Of a stretch of DNA of 64,000 bases, positions 19,390 to 28,901 are shown piece after piece. The translations under genes and the position numbers were made by a program. Each line of letters opens with the position of its first letter. Position 1 is the stretch's first letter. Below the pieces are notes generated by a model, which made no database searches, had not been told where the DNA came from, and saw nothing but the letters and a program-made list of their open reading frames with translations. Origin of the DNA: Candidatus Binatia bacterium (GTDB lineage: Bacteria; Desulfobacterota; Binatia; UBA9968; JAJDTQ01); assembly GCA_963666515.2 (NCBI GenBank), contig OY762897.2:1824001-1888000 (forward strand), read 5' to 3'.

Positions 19390-20547
19390 ATGAAGATCCA
19401 ATCCATCGAGACCATTCCCGTCAGGCTGCCCACGCGGCGGGTGCACCAGTGGGCCAACCTCAAGACCCCCATCGGGGTCTACCTGCTGGTGAAGCTCACG
19501 ACCGACGACGGCTGGACCGGGCTGGGCGAAGCGCCGGCGCTCAAGGACTGGGGCGGCGACCACATGCGCTACTACGGCGAGACCCCCGCGTCGGTGGCCG
19601 GCGTGATCCGCGACATCCTGGCGCCCAGCATCGAGGGCGAGGACCCCCGCCGCATCGAGTGGATCCACACCCTCATGGACCAGGCCGTCAAGGGGTATCC
19701 GTATTCCAAGGCAGCCATCGACATGGCGCTCCACGATGTGGCGGGGAAGGCGGCCGGGGTGCCGGCCTACCAGCTTCTAGGGGGTCTCTACCGGGAGTCG
19801 GTGCCCATCTCCCACAGCATCGGCCTCATGGACATGGACGAGGCCGTGGCCGAGGTCCGGCGGGTCCAGGCGGAAGGCGTCAGGACCATCAAGCTCAAGG
19901 GCGGGGTGGAGCCGAAACGCGACGTCGAGCTGCTGCGCCGGGTGCGCGAGGCCCTGGGGCCGGACATGAACCTCACGGTGGACGCCAACAACGGCTACCG
20001 GTCCGCCAAGGAGGCGGTGCAGACCACCAAGGCCATGGAGCCGTACAACATCCTCTACATGGAGCAGCCGGTGGAGGGCCTCGACGCCATGGCCGAGGTG
20101 ACCCGACGGGTGGACACGCCGATCATGGCCGACGAGAGCGCCTGGACCACCTGGGACGTCCTGGAGATCATCGAGAAGAAGGCCGCGGACATCATCTCCA
20201 TCTACGCCACCAAGCCCGGCGGCCTGCTCAAGGCCAAGAAGGTGGCCGCCATCGCCGAAGCCGCAGGCTTCCCGTGCAACGTCAACGGCTCGGTGGAGAT
20301 GGGCGTGGGCAACGCCGCCAACGTCCACTTGGCCGCCTCCACCGCGGCCGCGAACCTGGCCTGTGTGATCCCGGTCACCACCCCGGACGCCGAGGCCACC
20401 GGGCGCATCGCCGGCATCTACTACAAGGACGACATCGTCACCGAGCCCTTCGGATTCGCTGACGGCGCCGTCAAGGTGCCGCAAGGGCCGGGCCTGGGCA
20501 TCGAGCTGGACGAGGAGAAGGTGGAGCGGTACCGGACGGACAAGTGA
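19390..20547 (+). CDS. Enolase superfamily, muconate lactonizing enzyme subgroup
   Basis: KAAIDMALHD, KLK, VDAN, MEQP, ADES, PGLGIELD. Confidence 0.88.
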   Translation: MKIQSIETIPVRLPTRRVHQWANLKTPIGVYLLVKLTTDDGWTGLGEAPALKDWGGDHMRYYGETPASVAGVIRDILAPSIEGEDPRRIEWIHTLMDQAVKGYPYSKAAIDMALHDVAGKAAGVPAYQLLGGLYRESVPISHSIGLMDMDEAVAEVRRVQAEGVRTIKLKGGVEPKRDVELLRRVREALGPDMNLTVDANNGYRSAKEAVQTTKAMEPYNILYMEQPVEGLDAMAEVTRRVDTPIMADESAWTTWDVLEIIEKKAADIISIYATKPGGLLKAKKVAAIAEAAGFPCNVNGSVEMGVGNAANVHLAASTAAANLACVIPVTTPDAEATGRIAGIYYKDDIVTEPFGFADGAVKVPQGPGLGIELDEEKVERYRTDK

Positions 20548-20561
20548 CGCCCCTTCAACCT

Positions 20562-20588
20562 CTGGATTCCGGCTTTCGCCGGAATGAC
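20562..20588 (-). repeat. Palindromic repeat family A (GTCATTCCGGCGAAAGCCGGAATCCAG)
   Basis: Same 27-mer at 24220, 24292, 52756 and 55198. Confidence 0.85.
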
Positions 20589-20654
20589 GAATGCGGGTGT
20601 GGGCAGGTTACTGCAACGTAATGGCAAGGTGATGATGTCCGGGCATAGACACTC

Positions 20655-21764
20655 ATGAGCATCGAAAAAATCGCGGTTCTCGGAGCAGGCAACGGCGGGT
20701 GCGCCACCGCGGCGGACCTCACCGTCCGCGGTTTCGAGACGCGCCTGTACTCCCGCTCGGAGAAGACCCTGGAGCCGCTCCGGCGGCGCGGCGGCATCGA
20801 GCTGGTGGAGCACGGGCGGGAGACCTTCGGCCGGCCCCACTTGGTTACGTCGGCGCTGGAAGAAGCCGTGGCCGGCGCCGACCTCGTCACCATCGCCGCC
20901 CCGGCCGTGGCCCACGAGTTCATGGCGCGCTCCCTGGCGCCGCTTCTGACCGAGAACCAGATCGTCCACCTGAATCCCGGACAGACCGGCGGAAGCCTCC
21001 ATTTCGTGCACGAGCTGCGGCAGGCGGGGTGCCGCATCCCGGTGCGGTGCTGCGAAACCGTCACCCTCACCTGCATCTGCCGCATGGCCGGACCGGCCCG
21101 GGTGGAGATCTACCGGCGAACGGCCAACCTCGGGTGCGCCGCCTTCCCCGCCGGGTCGGGAGCGGACATCCTGCCCGAAATCGCCGCGGTGTTCCCCAAC
21201 GTCGTCCCCGCGGAGAACGTGCTGGAAACGGGCCTCTCGAACATCAACGCCATCATGCATCCAGCCGGCATGGTCGGGAACGCCGGCTGGATCGAGCAGC
21301 ATGAGGGCGACCTGCTGTTCTACCGGCAGGCCCTCTCGCCCGCGGTGGCGCGCATCATCGAGGGGGTGGACCGGGAACGCCTGGCCGTCGTGCGCGCATT
21401 GGGGCTCCCGCCGCGCACGTTCGTGGAGATCTTCCACGCCGCCGGCCTCACCTCCGACGCCGCGCTGGAAAGCGGCGACGTCTTTCAGGCCACGCAGGAG
21501 AGCGAGCCCAACAGGACCATCGTCGCACCCGCGACCCACGACCACCGCTACGTGCACGAGGACGTGGGCTACGGCCTCGTGCCCATGGCGGAGTTGGCGG
21601 GGCTGCTGGGCATCGACACCCCGGTCATCGAGGCGCTCATCACCCTGGCCTCGGAGATGAACCGCACCGACTACCGCGGCAACGGCCTCACCCTGGCCCG
21701 GATGGGCCTGGAGGGCGCCAGCTCCGCCGCCCTCCAGACCATCATCCAGAACGGCTTCCGGTAA
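20655..21764 (+). CDS. NAD/NADP octopine/nopaline (opine) dehydrogenase family protein
   Basis: VLGAGNGG Rossmann motif, LNPG, NINAIMHP, VDRERLAV, HRYVHEDVGYGLVP. Confidence 0.88.
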   Translation: MSIEKIAVLGAGNGGCATAADLTVRGFETRLYSRSEKTLEPLRRRGGIELVEHGRETFGRPHLVTSALEEAVAGADLVTIAAPAVAHEFMARSLAPLLTENQIVHLNPGQTGGSLHFVHELRQAGCRIPVRCCETVTLTCICRMAGPARVEIYRRTANLGCAAFPAGSGADILPEIAAVFPNVVPAENVLETGLSNINAIMHPAGMVGNAGWIEQHEGDLLFYRQALSPAVARIIEGVDRERLAVVRALGLPPRTFVEIFHAAGLTSDAALESGDVFQATQESEPNRTIVAPATHDHRYVHEDVGYGLVPMAELAGLLGIDTPVIEALITLASEMNRTDYRGNGLTLARMGLEGASSAALQTIIQNGFR

Positions 21765-21790
21765 AGGCCGGCCTTGGCGCTCCTATGCCC

Positions 21791-21838
21791 GGACCCCGGA
21801 TCACGTCCGGGGTGACGCTCAGTTGGTCCGGGGTGACG
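21791..21838. repeat. Palindromic repeat family B plus a duplicated half-site
   Basis: GGACCCCGGATCACGTCCGGGGTGACG followed by a second GTCCGGGGTGACG. Confidence 0.75.
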
Positions 21839-21900
21839 GCGCCAAGTCCTCCGTCACCGCCGCCTTTCATTCACGCCCTCATTGTTCTAATCTGGCCGCC

Positions 21901-22875
21901 ATGCACGCGGGCGTGTGTTTCGACGGCTTCTACTCGATCCAGGAGATGATCGAGCTGGCGCAGTTGGCCGACGAGATCGGCATGGACTCCATCTGGATGT
22001 CGGACCACATCTGCTTCCGGGACTCCATCGCCTCGGCCATGGCGTTCCTGGCCAGGACCCCGCGGATCAAGGTCAACCCGGCGCCGCTGAGCCCCTATTC
22101 GCGCCATCCCATGGTCACGGCCATGGCGCTGGCGACCATGGAGGAGTTCGCTCCCGGACGGGTGGCGGCCACCGCGGGCACCGCCAACCCCACGGCGCTG
22201 CGTGAGATCGGCATTGAGGCCGAGCGGATGCTCAGGACCATGCGCGAGTACATGACGCTGCTGCGCGCGCTCCTGGCGGGCGAGACGGTCGCGTTCGAGG
22301 GCGAGGTCTTCACCCTGCGCGGGGCCAGCATGGGACTCACGCCGCAGACGGAGATCCCCATCTACATGACCGCGGTACGGCCCGGGATGCTGCGTCTGGC
22401 GGGCGAGGTCGCCGACGGCGTGCTGCTGTCCGCGGGCTGCACCCCGGCCTACATCCGGCGTTGCGTCGCGGAAGTAGAGACGGGAGCGGCCCGGGGCGGC
22501 AAGGCGGCCAAGGGGGAGGTGGCCGGCTTCATCGCGGCCTCGGTGTCCGACGACCCGCGGGAGGCCATGGACGCCACCAAGACCTTCCTGGCCTACATCT
22601 TCCGCAACAGGCACCACGCCGAGAACATCCGCCTCGGCGGCGGCGCCGTGGACCAGGAACGGCTCGCCGACGCCATCGGCCGGCGCGCGTGGGACGAGGC
22701 CAAGGGCCTCATCAGCGACGAGGTGGTGCACGCGCACTCGGTGACCGGAACCCCGGACGAATGCCGCCGCCGGCTGGACGAGTTCGTCCGGGGCGGCCTG
22801 GACCTTCCCCTGCTCATGCCGCTGGGCACCCAGGAACAACGCAGGCGGGTGGTGGAGATCGCGCGGGACGGATAG
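21901..22875 (+). CDS. LLM-class (luciferase-like, possibly F420-dependent Mer-like) oxidoreductase
   Basis: DSIWMSDH, PYSRHP..TAMALAT, PIYMTA..PGMLRLAGEVADG. Confidence 0.85.
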   Translation: MHAGVCFDGFYSIQEMIELAQLADEIGMDSIWMSDHICFRDSIASAMAFLARTPRIKVNPAPLSPYSRHPMVTAMALATMEEFAPGRVAATAGTANPTALREIGIEAERMLRTMREYMTLLRALLAGETVAFEGEVFTLRGASMGLTPQTEIPIYMTAVRPGMLRLAGEVADGVLLSAGCTPAYIRRCVAEVETGAARGGKAAKGEVAGFIAASVSDDPREAMDATKTFLAYIFRNRHHAENIRLGGGAVDQERLADAIGRRAWDEAKGLISDEVVHAHSVTGTPDECRRRLDEFVRGGLDLPLLMPLGTQEQRRRVVEIARDG

Positions 22876-22907
22876 AGCAATCATTTTAGTCGTGAAATTG
22901 GGGGGTT

Positions 22908-24266
22908 ATGGCCAAGAGCATCACTGAGCACTTGAAGGAGCTTGCGCGGCAGTCCGAGCGCAAGCTCGCGGGCATGACCGACATGCGGCGCAGCCTCCAC
23001 CGGCATCCCGAGGCGGGCTGGACCGAGTTCCGCACCACCGGCTTGGTGGTGAACCGGCTGCGGGAACTGGGATACCGGGTGGAGACGGGAAACGACTGCA
23101 TCCGCGCGGACGCGGTGCGGGGATGGCCCGATGACGCGGTGGTCAGGGAAGGCCGGGCGCAGGCGGGCGATGTGGCCCGTGACATCGAGGTCCCCGGCGC
23201 CGTGGGCATCCTGGACCGGGGTTCGGGGCCCACGGTGGCGCTGCGCTTCGATATGGACGCCACCGAGGTGTCCGAGTCCGACGACCCGGCGCACCAGCCG
23301 GTGGCCCAAGGCTTCGCTTCCGGCAAGCCCGCGGTCATGCACGCCTGTGGACACGACGCCCACGTCGCCATCGGCCTCGGCGCGGCCGAGCTGCTGGCCG
23401 AGGACCCGGACTGGCGCGGGCGCGTGAAGCTGCTGTTCCAGCCGGCGGAGGAAGGCGGACGCGGCGCCCATCCCATGGTGGAGGCCGGGGTGGTGGACGA
23501 CGCCGACTACTTCGCCTGCCTCCACATGGGCGGGCCGGCGCTGCCGCTGGGGGAAGTGGCGCTGGAGGCCACCCACTTCCTTTCGTCGGTCAAGATGGAG
23601 GCGCGCTTCCGCGGCGTGGCCTCCCACGCCGGCGGCGCCCCGGAACGGGGCCGCAACGCGCTGCTGGCGGCCTGCCAGGCCACCCTGGCGCTGCACGCCC
23701 TGCCCCGCAACGGCCAGGGCGCCACCTTCGTCAACGTCGGCGTGCTGAACGCCGGCACCGGCACCAACGTGGTGCCGTCCGACGCCCACATGAAGTACGA
23801 GGTGCGCGGCGGCACGGACGAGATCTGCGACCTGATGGAGGAAGGCGCCCGCCGCTGCCTCGAAGGCGCGGCCACCCTCCAGGGAGTCGACGTCGCCGCC
23901 GAGATCACCGGCCGCACCATCGGCGCCAAGTCCGACGAAGAGATGAAGGAACACTTGGCGTGGGTAGCCGGGTCGTCGCCCGTGGACTTCCGTGTCCACG
24001 ACGCCCGTCCCCTGGGCGGCGGCGAGGACGCCACCTACTTCATGCGCCGGGTCCAGGAAAAAGGCGGCAAGTCCCTCTACTTCCTGCTGGGCGGCAGCAC
24101 CCCCACCGGGCACCACACCTCCACCTTCGACGTGGATGAGCGCGCGCTGGCCCACGGCGCCATGCTCATGGCCGGCATGGTGCTGCGGCTCACCGGGTCA
24201 GGCGCAGGCGCCCCGAACCGTCATTCCGGCGGAAGCCGGAATCCAGGCGGGGCGGGGCCGCGGTGA
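22908..24266 (+). CDS. M20 amidohydrolase, AbgA (p-aminobenzoyl-glutamate hydrolase subunit A)-like
   Basis: LHRHPEAGWTEFRT, ALRFDMDA, MHACGHDAH, FQPAEEG, GGEDATYFM, GHHT; C-terminal tail encoded by a repeat. Confidence 0.85.
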   Translation: MAKSITEHLKELARQSERKLAGMTDMRRSLHRHPEAGWTEFRTTGLVVNRLRELGYRVETGNDCIRADAVRGWPDDAVVREGRAQAGDVARDIEVPGAVGILDRGSGPTVALRFDMDATEVSESDDPAHQPVAQGFASGKPAVMHACGHDAHVAIGLGAAELLAEDPDWRGRVKLLFQPAEEGGRGAHPMVEAGVVDDADYFACLHMGGPALPLGEVALEATHFLSSVKMEARFRGVASHAGGAPERGRNALLAACQATLALHALPRNGQGATFVNVGVLNAGTGTNVVPSDAHMKYEVRGGTDEICDLMEEGARRCLEGAATLQGVDVAAEITGRTIGAKSDEEMKEHLAWVAGSSPVDFRVHDARPLGGGEDATYFMRRVQEKGGKSLYFLLGGSTPTGHHTSTFDVDERALAHGAMLMAGMVLRLTGSGAGAPNRHSGGSRNPGGAGPR

Positions 24267-24318
24267 CGGAGCGTGACACCCCACCACACCCCTGGATTCC
24301 GGCTCCCGCCGGAATGAC
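24220..24318. repeat. Inverted pair of family A palindromes (BIME-like)
   Basis: Copy 24220-24246 (+) and copy 24292-24318 (-) facing each other. Confidence 0.85.
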
Positions 24319-24340
24319 GGTTCCTTGAACGGATTCATCC

Positions 24341-25570
24341 ATGACCATGCCTGAGATCAGGATAGACGCCGCAGCGCTTGTGGACCTCGCCGGCGAGCTG
24401 ATCAAGATCCCCAGCTTCTGCCCCGACGAGACCCCGGTGGCGCTGTTCCTTCGGGACTACCTGTCGGAACGCGGCTACCAAGTGGAACTCCAGGAAGTGG
24501 AGCCCGGGCGCCACCAGACCATCGCCATATTGAAAGGCGCGGGCGGCGGCCCCAGCCTGATGTTCAACGGCCACATCGACATCAACTCCCTCACCCGCGG
24601 CGGCAAGCGCGACCCCTGGACGCCGCTGGTGGAGGGCGACCGGCTCTACGGCCACGGCGTGCAGAACATGAAGGGCGGCGTCGCCTCCATGATCGAGGCT
24701 GCCGAGGCCGTCCGCCGGGCCGGCGTGAGGCTGCGCGGGGACCTGGTGCTGGCCTGCGTGGTAGGCGAGACCCAGGGCGGCGAAGGCACGCACTTCCTCA
24801 TGGAGAGCGGCCTCCGTACCGACGCCGCGGTGCTGACGGAGCCCTTCGGCATCGGCAACCTCGTCACCGTCCACGGCGGCATCGTCCATTTCGCCGTCCA
24901 CACCTACGGCGTCACCGGACACGTGAGCAGGATCGAGGAGACGGTGAACGCCGTGGAGCAGATGACACGGGTCATCGAGGCGTTGCGCAACGTCGAGTTC
25001 ACCTGTACGCCCAGGGCGGACCTGCCCGCCCTGCCCCGCCTGAACGTGGGCAGCATCATCGGCGGACGCGGCGACGGCTATGTGCTGACCGAGCCGCCCT
25101 ACGTGCCCGACCTGTGCACGGTCATCGTGGACGTCCACTTCGTTCCGGGACAGACCGCGGACTCGGTCATCGCCGACGTAAGGCGCGCCCTCGACCCTCT
25201 GAAGGACGGCGACCCGGACTTCGACTACGCCATCGAGATCCCGCCGCCGGCCTGTTTCAAGGGCTGCCGGCGGCTGGTGATGGACCCCCTCGACGTGCCC
25301 GCGGACGCGGCCATCGTCCAGGCCGTGGCCCGGAACCACGAGAAGGTCACGGGCTCGCCGCCCAAGCTCATCGGCGCCCACCTGCCCATGTCCTACTCCG
25401 CCGGCGACAGTTGCTGGCTCTGGAAACACGGCATCCCCTGCCTCCACTACGGCCCCGGCGGCGGCTTCCTCGACCCCGGCCCGGACGGCAGCTACATCTT
25501 CATCAGCGAGATGGTGACGTGCGCAGAAGTGCTGGCGCACACCGCCATGGAGGTGTGCGGCACGGCATGA
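24341..25570 (+). CDS. M20 ArgE/DapE-like deacylase with degenerate metal site
   Basis: LMFNGHID, RLYGHGVQNMKGG, VVGETQGG, LTEP. Confidence 0.8.
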   Translation: MTMPEIRIDAAALVDLAGELIKIPSFCPDETPVALFLRDYLSERGYQVELQEVEPGRHQTIAILKGAGGGPSLMFNGHIDINSLTRGGKRDPWTPLVEGDRLYGHGVQNMKGGVASMIEAAEAVRRAGVRLRGDLVLACVVGETQGGEGTHFLMESGLRTDAAVLTEPFGIGNLVTVHGGIVHFAVHTYGVTGHVSRIEETVNAVEQMTRVIEALRNVEFTCTPRADLPALPRLNVGSIIGGRGDGYVLTEPPYVPDLCTVIVDVHFVPGQTADSVIADVRRALDPLKDGDPDFDYAIEIPPPACFKGCRRLVMDPLDVPADAAIVQAVARNHEKVTGSPPKLIGAHLPMSYSAGDSCWLWKHGIPCLHYGPGGGFLDPGPDGSYIFISEMVTCAEVLAHTAMEVCGTA

Positions 25571-25572
25571 GT

Positions 25573-25604
25573 GCGTCCTGAGCGGAGCGAAGTCGAAGGA
25601 CGCC
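25573..25604. repeat. Palindromic repeat family C
   Basis: GCGTCCTGAGCGGAGCGAAGTCGAAGGACGCC, intergenic. Confidence 0.65.
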
Positions 25605-25622
25605 ATTATCCACGAGTCTTCA

Positions 25623-26552
25623 ATGAAGAATCCCGCCAACATCCCGGACTCCGGTTACGACGTCACCGGTGCCGTGGATCTCCACGTGCACTGCGGGCCG
25701 GAGGGTATCCCGCGGCGTTTCGACGCCGTGTCGTTGGCACGGCACGTGCGCGAAACCGGGCTGGGCGGGGCCGTGCTCAAATCGCACATGGCGGCCACCG
25801 CAAGTTGGGCGCAGATGGCTCACGACCTCACCGGCGTCCGGCTCCACGGCTCGGTGGTGCTCAACCACTACGTCGGCGGCATCAATCCCGCGGCGGTGCG
25901 GGGCGCGCTGGGGCCGTCGGCGGACGGCGAACCCTATCTCAAGGTCGTATGGCTCCCCACGGTCCACGCCGGCGCCCATCTCACCGCGCGCCATCACGAA
26001 GGGGAGTGCTACGACATTCCGCCCGAGTGGTGCGGCGGCACCGTCTCCAGCCTGGCCCTACCGCTCGGCGACGTAGAGCCCATCAACGTGCTCGCCGCCA
26101 ACATGCGGGCGCCGCTGGACGAAATCCTGCGGATCGTGGCCGACCACGACCTGGTGCTGGCCACCGGACACGCGGGCCGGGACGAGGTGTTCCACGTGAT
26201 GGATCGGGCCGTCGCCCTGGGCGTCCGGAAGGTCATCGTCACCCATCCCTGCTACGATCCCCCGGCCATCGGCGCGGCGGAGCTCGCGGAGTTGGCCGCG
26301 GCCGGGGCCTACATCGAGCTGAGCTTCATCCTGGTGGACATGGGCATGGTGTCGATGGCGGACACCGCGGCAATCATGAGGCAGGTGGGCTCTGATCGGA
26401 CGATCCTGTCAACGGACGTGGGGCAGGTGGACCGGGTGGCTCCCGCGGAGGGACTGGCCAAGCTGGGCGCCGGACTGCTCGCCGAAGGGATTCTGCACGA
26501 CGAGGTCGATACCGCGATGAAGGGCAACCCCCGGTTCCTGACGTCGGCCTGA
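25623..26552 (+). CDS. DUF6282-type metal-dependent TIM-barrel hydrolase
   Basis: VDLHVHCGP, VLKSH, VGGINP.AV, VWLPT, ATGH, VTH, STDVGQ. Confidence 0.75.
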   Translation: MKNPANIPDSGYDVTGAVDLHVHCGPEGIPRRFDAVSLARHVRETGLGGAVLKSHMAATASWAQMAHDLTGVRLHGSVVLNHYVGGINPAAVRGALGPSADGEPYLKVVWLPTVHAGAHLTARHHEGECYDIPPEWCGGTVSSLALPLGDVEPINVLAANMRAPLDEILRIVADHDLVLATGHAGRDEVFHVMDRAVALGVRKVIVTHPCYDPPAIGAAELAELAAAGAYIELSFILVDMGMVSMADTAAIMRQVGSDRTILSTDVGQVDRVAPAEGLAKLGAGLLAEGILHDEVDTAMKGNPRFLTSA

Positions 26553-26565
26553 AGCCCGCTCCCGG

Positions 26566-27738
26566 CTACCAAGCCATCTCCAGGCACTCCAGCACCTGCG
26601 ACGCCGAGTGGATCTTCTTGGGGTTGTTGTGGGTGCTGATGTCGTCCAGCGCGGCCTCGGCCAAGGACGGCAGCGCGTCGCGCGGGATCTCCAGGTCCCG
26701 GAGGCGGAGCGGGAGCCCCATCTTCACGTTCATGCCGTAGACCACCTCGGGCGCCTCGGCCGCGGCCTTGACGTCGTCGGGCTCGACGACCCCCATGACC
26801 CGGGCCATGCGGGCCATGGCCTCGGTGGTGCCGTCCAGGTTCCAGCGCATGGCGTAGGGCAGCATCAGGGCGTGGATGTTGGCGTGGGGAACGGTGAAGC
26901 GGCCGCCGATGACGTGCACGATGCCGTGGTGGATGCCGGTCCAGGCACTGTAGACGCCCAGGCTGGAGAGCGTAGCGGCCACCTGCATCTCGCCGATGGC
27001 TTCGAGGTCGTTCATGTCCGCCACCAGGCGCGGCAGGTAGGTGGTGATGGGCCCGATGGCGGCCATGCAATAGGCCTGGCTCAGGATCTGGGTCTGGGTC
27101 GAGTAGACGGCTTCCACGCAATGAGCCAGGGCGTTCATACCCGAAGCGGCCAGGAGCTTGGGCGGCGCGGTCTGCGCCGCTTCCGGATCCAGCATCACCG
27201 TCCGCGGCGACATCTTGGGATCGGCCAGGATGAGCTTGTGCCCCCCTTCCGCCAGCCCCGCGGAATAGCTGTACTCGCCGCCGGAAAACGTGGTCGGGAT
27301 GGCGATGTGCGGCAGCTTGGGCGCCGGCATGGGCGGCACTTCCTTCTTGTCCGGCGGGATGAAGTGGGTGGCCAGGTCCTTGAGCGGACGGCCCTCCGCG
27401 AGGAGCGCGGCCATGCCCTTGGCGGTGTCGATGGAGCTGCCACCGCCGACGCTCACGAACGCGTCCGCGCCCGCATCCGCGGCCTGCTTCGCCGCCACCC
27501 CGATGGAATCCGTGGGCGAATGCGGCTGCACGGTGTCGAAGACTCCCACGCACATATCGCCCAAGGCCTCGCGCACCGCATCCAGCAGGTACGTCCTGGT
27601 GATGGACGGCGATGTCACCACGAACACGCGCCCGGCGTCCAGGCGCCGGACCTCGTCCGCCAACTGCCTGACCACCCCCCGGCCGAAAACGATGCGCTCC
27701 ACGCGCGGATTGCTGTACTCGAACGCTGAAACCGCCAT
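26566..27738 (-). CDS. Iron-containing alcohol dehydrogenase family (maleylacetate reductase-like)
   Basis: GGGSSID, IPTTFSG, SGMNALAHCVEA, HHGIVH, VPH. Confidence 0.85.
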   Translation of the reverse strand: MAVSAFEYSNPRVERIVFGRGVVRQLADEVRRLDAGRVFVVTSPSITRTYLLDAVREALGDMCVGVFDTVQPHSPTDSIGVAAKQAADAGADAFVSVGGGSSIDTAKGMAALLAEGRPLKDLATHFIPPDKKEVPPMPAPKLPHIAIPTTFSGGEYSYSAGLAEGGHKLILADPKMSPRTVMLDPEAAQTAPPKLLAASGMNALAHCVEAVYSTQTQILSQAYCMAAIGPITTYLPRLVADMNDLEAIGEMQVAATLSSLGVYSAWTGIHHGIVHVIGGRFTVPHANIHALMLPYAMRWNLDGTTEAMARMARVMGVVEPDDVKAAAEAPEVVYGMNVKMGLPLRLRDLEIPRDALPSLAEAALDDISTHNNPKKIHSASQVLECLEMAW

Positions 27739-27809
27739 CCGTCACCTCCTCGATGATCCGTAAGGTTTGAGATACCGCGCCGGGTTTGTCAACGCTCCGA
27801 GAGGACCCG

Positions 27810-28697
27810 TCAGCCGCCGTGGCTGAGCACCCACACCCCGCCTACGATGAGGACCGCGGCCAGGCCGTCCCGCACGGTCACGGTCTCCAGGGCGCGGAGC
27901 GTGAAGTGGGACAGCACGAAGGTGATGAGTGGCGAGATACGCCAGATGGGCGCCACCAGCACCGACGGCGCCAGCAGCAGCGCCTTGTAGGTGCACAGCG
28001 AGGCGATGGCCTCGGTGATGCCGGCGATGCCGAAGAACACCGCGCTCGCCGGCGGCACCCTCTCCTGCCGCCACGCATGGATACCCAGCCAGGGGCCGCC
28101 GGTGAACAGGAACACCGTGGCGGTGACGTGGTTGACCAGCGTCCCCAGGGCCGGCACCGCGGCGGCCACGAGTCCCCATTTCTTGAAGATGGGATTGATC
28201 CCGAAGGCCAGCGAGGACAGCAGCGGGTACATGAAATAAACCAGCCGGTTGGGCGCCCCCTCCCCTTCCAGCGGGCTCACCGTCAACAGCAGCACGCCGA
28301 CCACGATCACCACGACCCCGGCGCCGATCTCCCAGCCCACCTGCTCGCCCAGCAGCGTCCAGCCCAGCAACACGGTGATCAGCGGGGAAGAGTTCTTCAC
28401 CGTCACCGACTTCGACGCCCCCACGCTGTCGATGCCGAGGTTGAGGAAGACCTTCCCCAGGCACGCGGCCACGCCCGTAAGCATGAACGAAAGCAGCGGA
28501 CGCCAGTCGAGCGTCATGAATTCCTCGCGCCACCAGGTGGCCACCACCAGGGTTGCAAGAGACCAGTACTGGGTCCAGAGCGTCGCCATGGTGACGTTCG
28601 ACCTCGCCATGCCCTTCTTGAGCAGGGTCGGGACCACGCCCCAGATGATGCCGGCGGCGAGGGCGTAGAGGATGGCTTCGGTGGTGGAGTCGATCAT
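27810..28697 (-). CDS. DMT/EamA family transporter
   Basis: About 10 TMs in two EamA-like halves; paralog of 6031-6894. Confidence 0.8.
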   Translation of the reverse strand: MIDSTTEAILYALAAGIIWGVVPTLLKKGMARSNVTMATLWTQYWSLATLVVATWWREEFMTLDWRPLLSFMLTGVAACLGKVFLNLGIDSVGASKSVTVKNSSPLITVLLGWTLLGEQVGWEIGAGVVVIVVGVLLLTVSPLEGEGAPNRLVYFMYPLLSSLAFGINPIFKKWGLVAAAVPALGTLVNHVTATVFLFTGGPWLGIHAWRQERVPPASAVFFGIAGITEAIASLCTYKALLLAPSVLVAPIWRISPLITFVLSHFTLRALETVTVRDGLAAVLIVGGVWVLSHGG

Positions 28698-28777
28698 TGT
28701 GGCGCTGCCGGGACCGCAGTGGAAGGGCCTGTCCCGCTGACCGAGGCGGTCCCGGAAGACGTTTCAGCGTCCGGGCG

Positions 28778-28846
28778 TCACCGGACGTCTGTCTCCCGCA
28801 TCTCACGGAGAGTCTGGATGCCGATGGGCAGCTTGCGTCTGGCCAT
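28778..28846 (-). pseudogene. 22-codon remnant of the AAA-ATPase/PD-(D/E)XK gene
   Basis: Translates MARRKLPIGIQTLREMRETDVR*, versus MVRRRLPIGIQTFREVRERD at 31693; the upstream promoter is also conserved. Confidence 0.8.
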
Positions 28847-28901
28847 GCCGTCATCTTACCTTGAAGCCCGGATGCGGCAAAGAGTCCGTACAGCGAAGCT
28901 C

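Noticed and set aside
20562-24318. Palindromic repeats as a CRISPR array or integron attC sites
   Set aside because: Copies are dispersed in both orientations with no regular spacers, no cas genes or integrase, and no RYYYAAC/GTTRRRY ends.
19390-27738. Chlorocatechol (modified ortho) pathway inferred from the MLE-like and maleylacetate reductase-like genes
   Set aside because: There is no catechol dioxygenase or dienelactone hydrolase, and the catalytic motifs deviate from CatB/TfdF.
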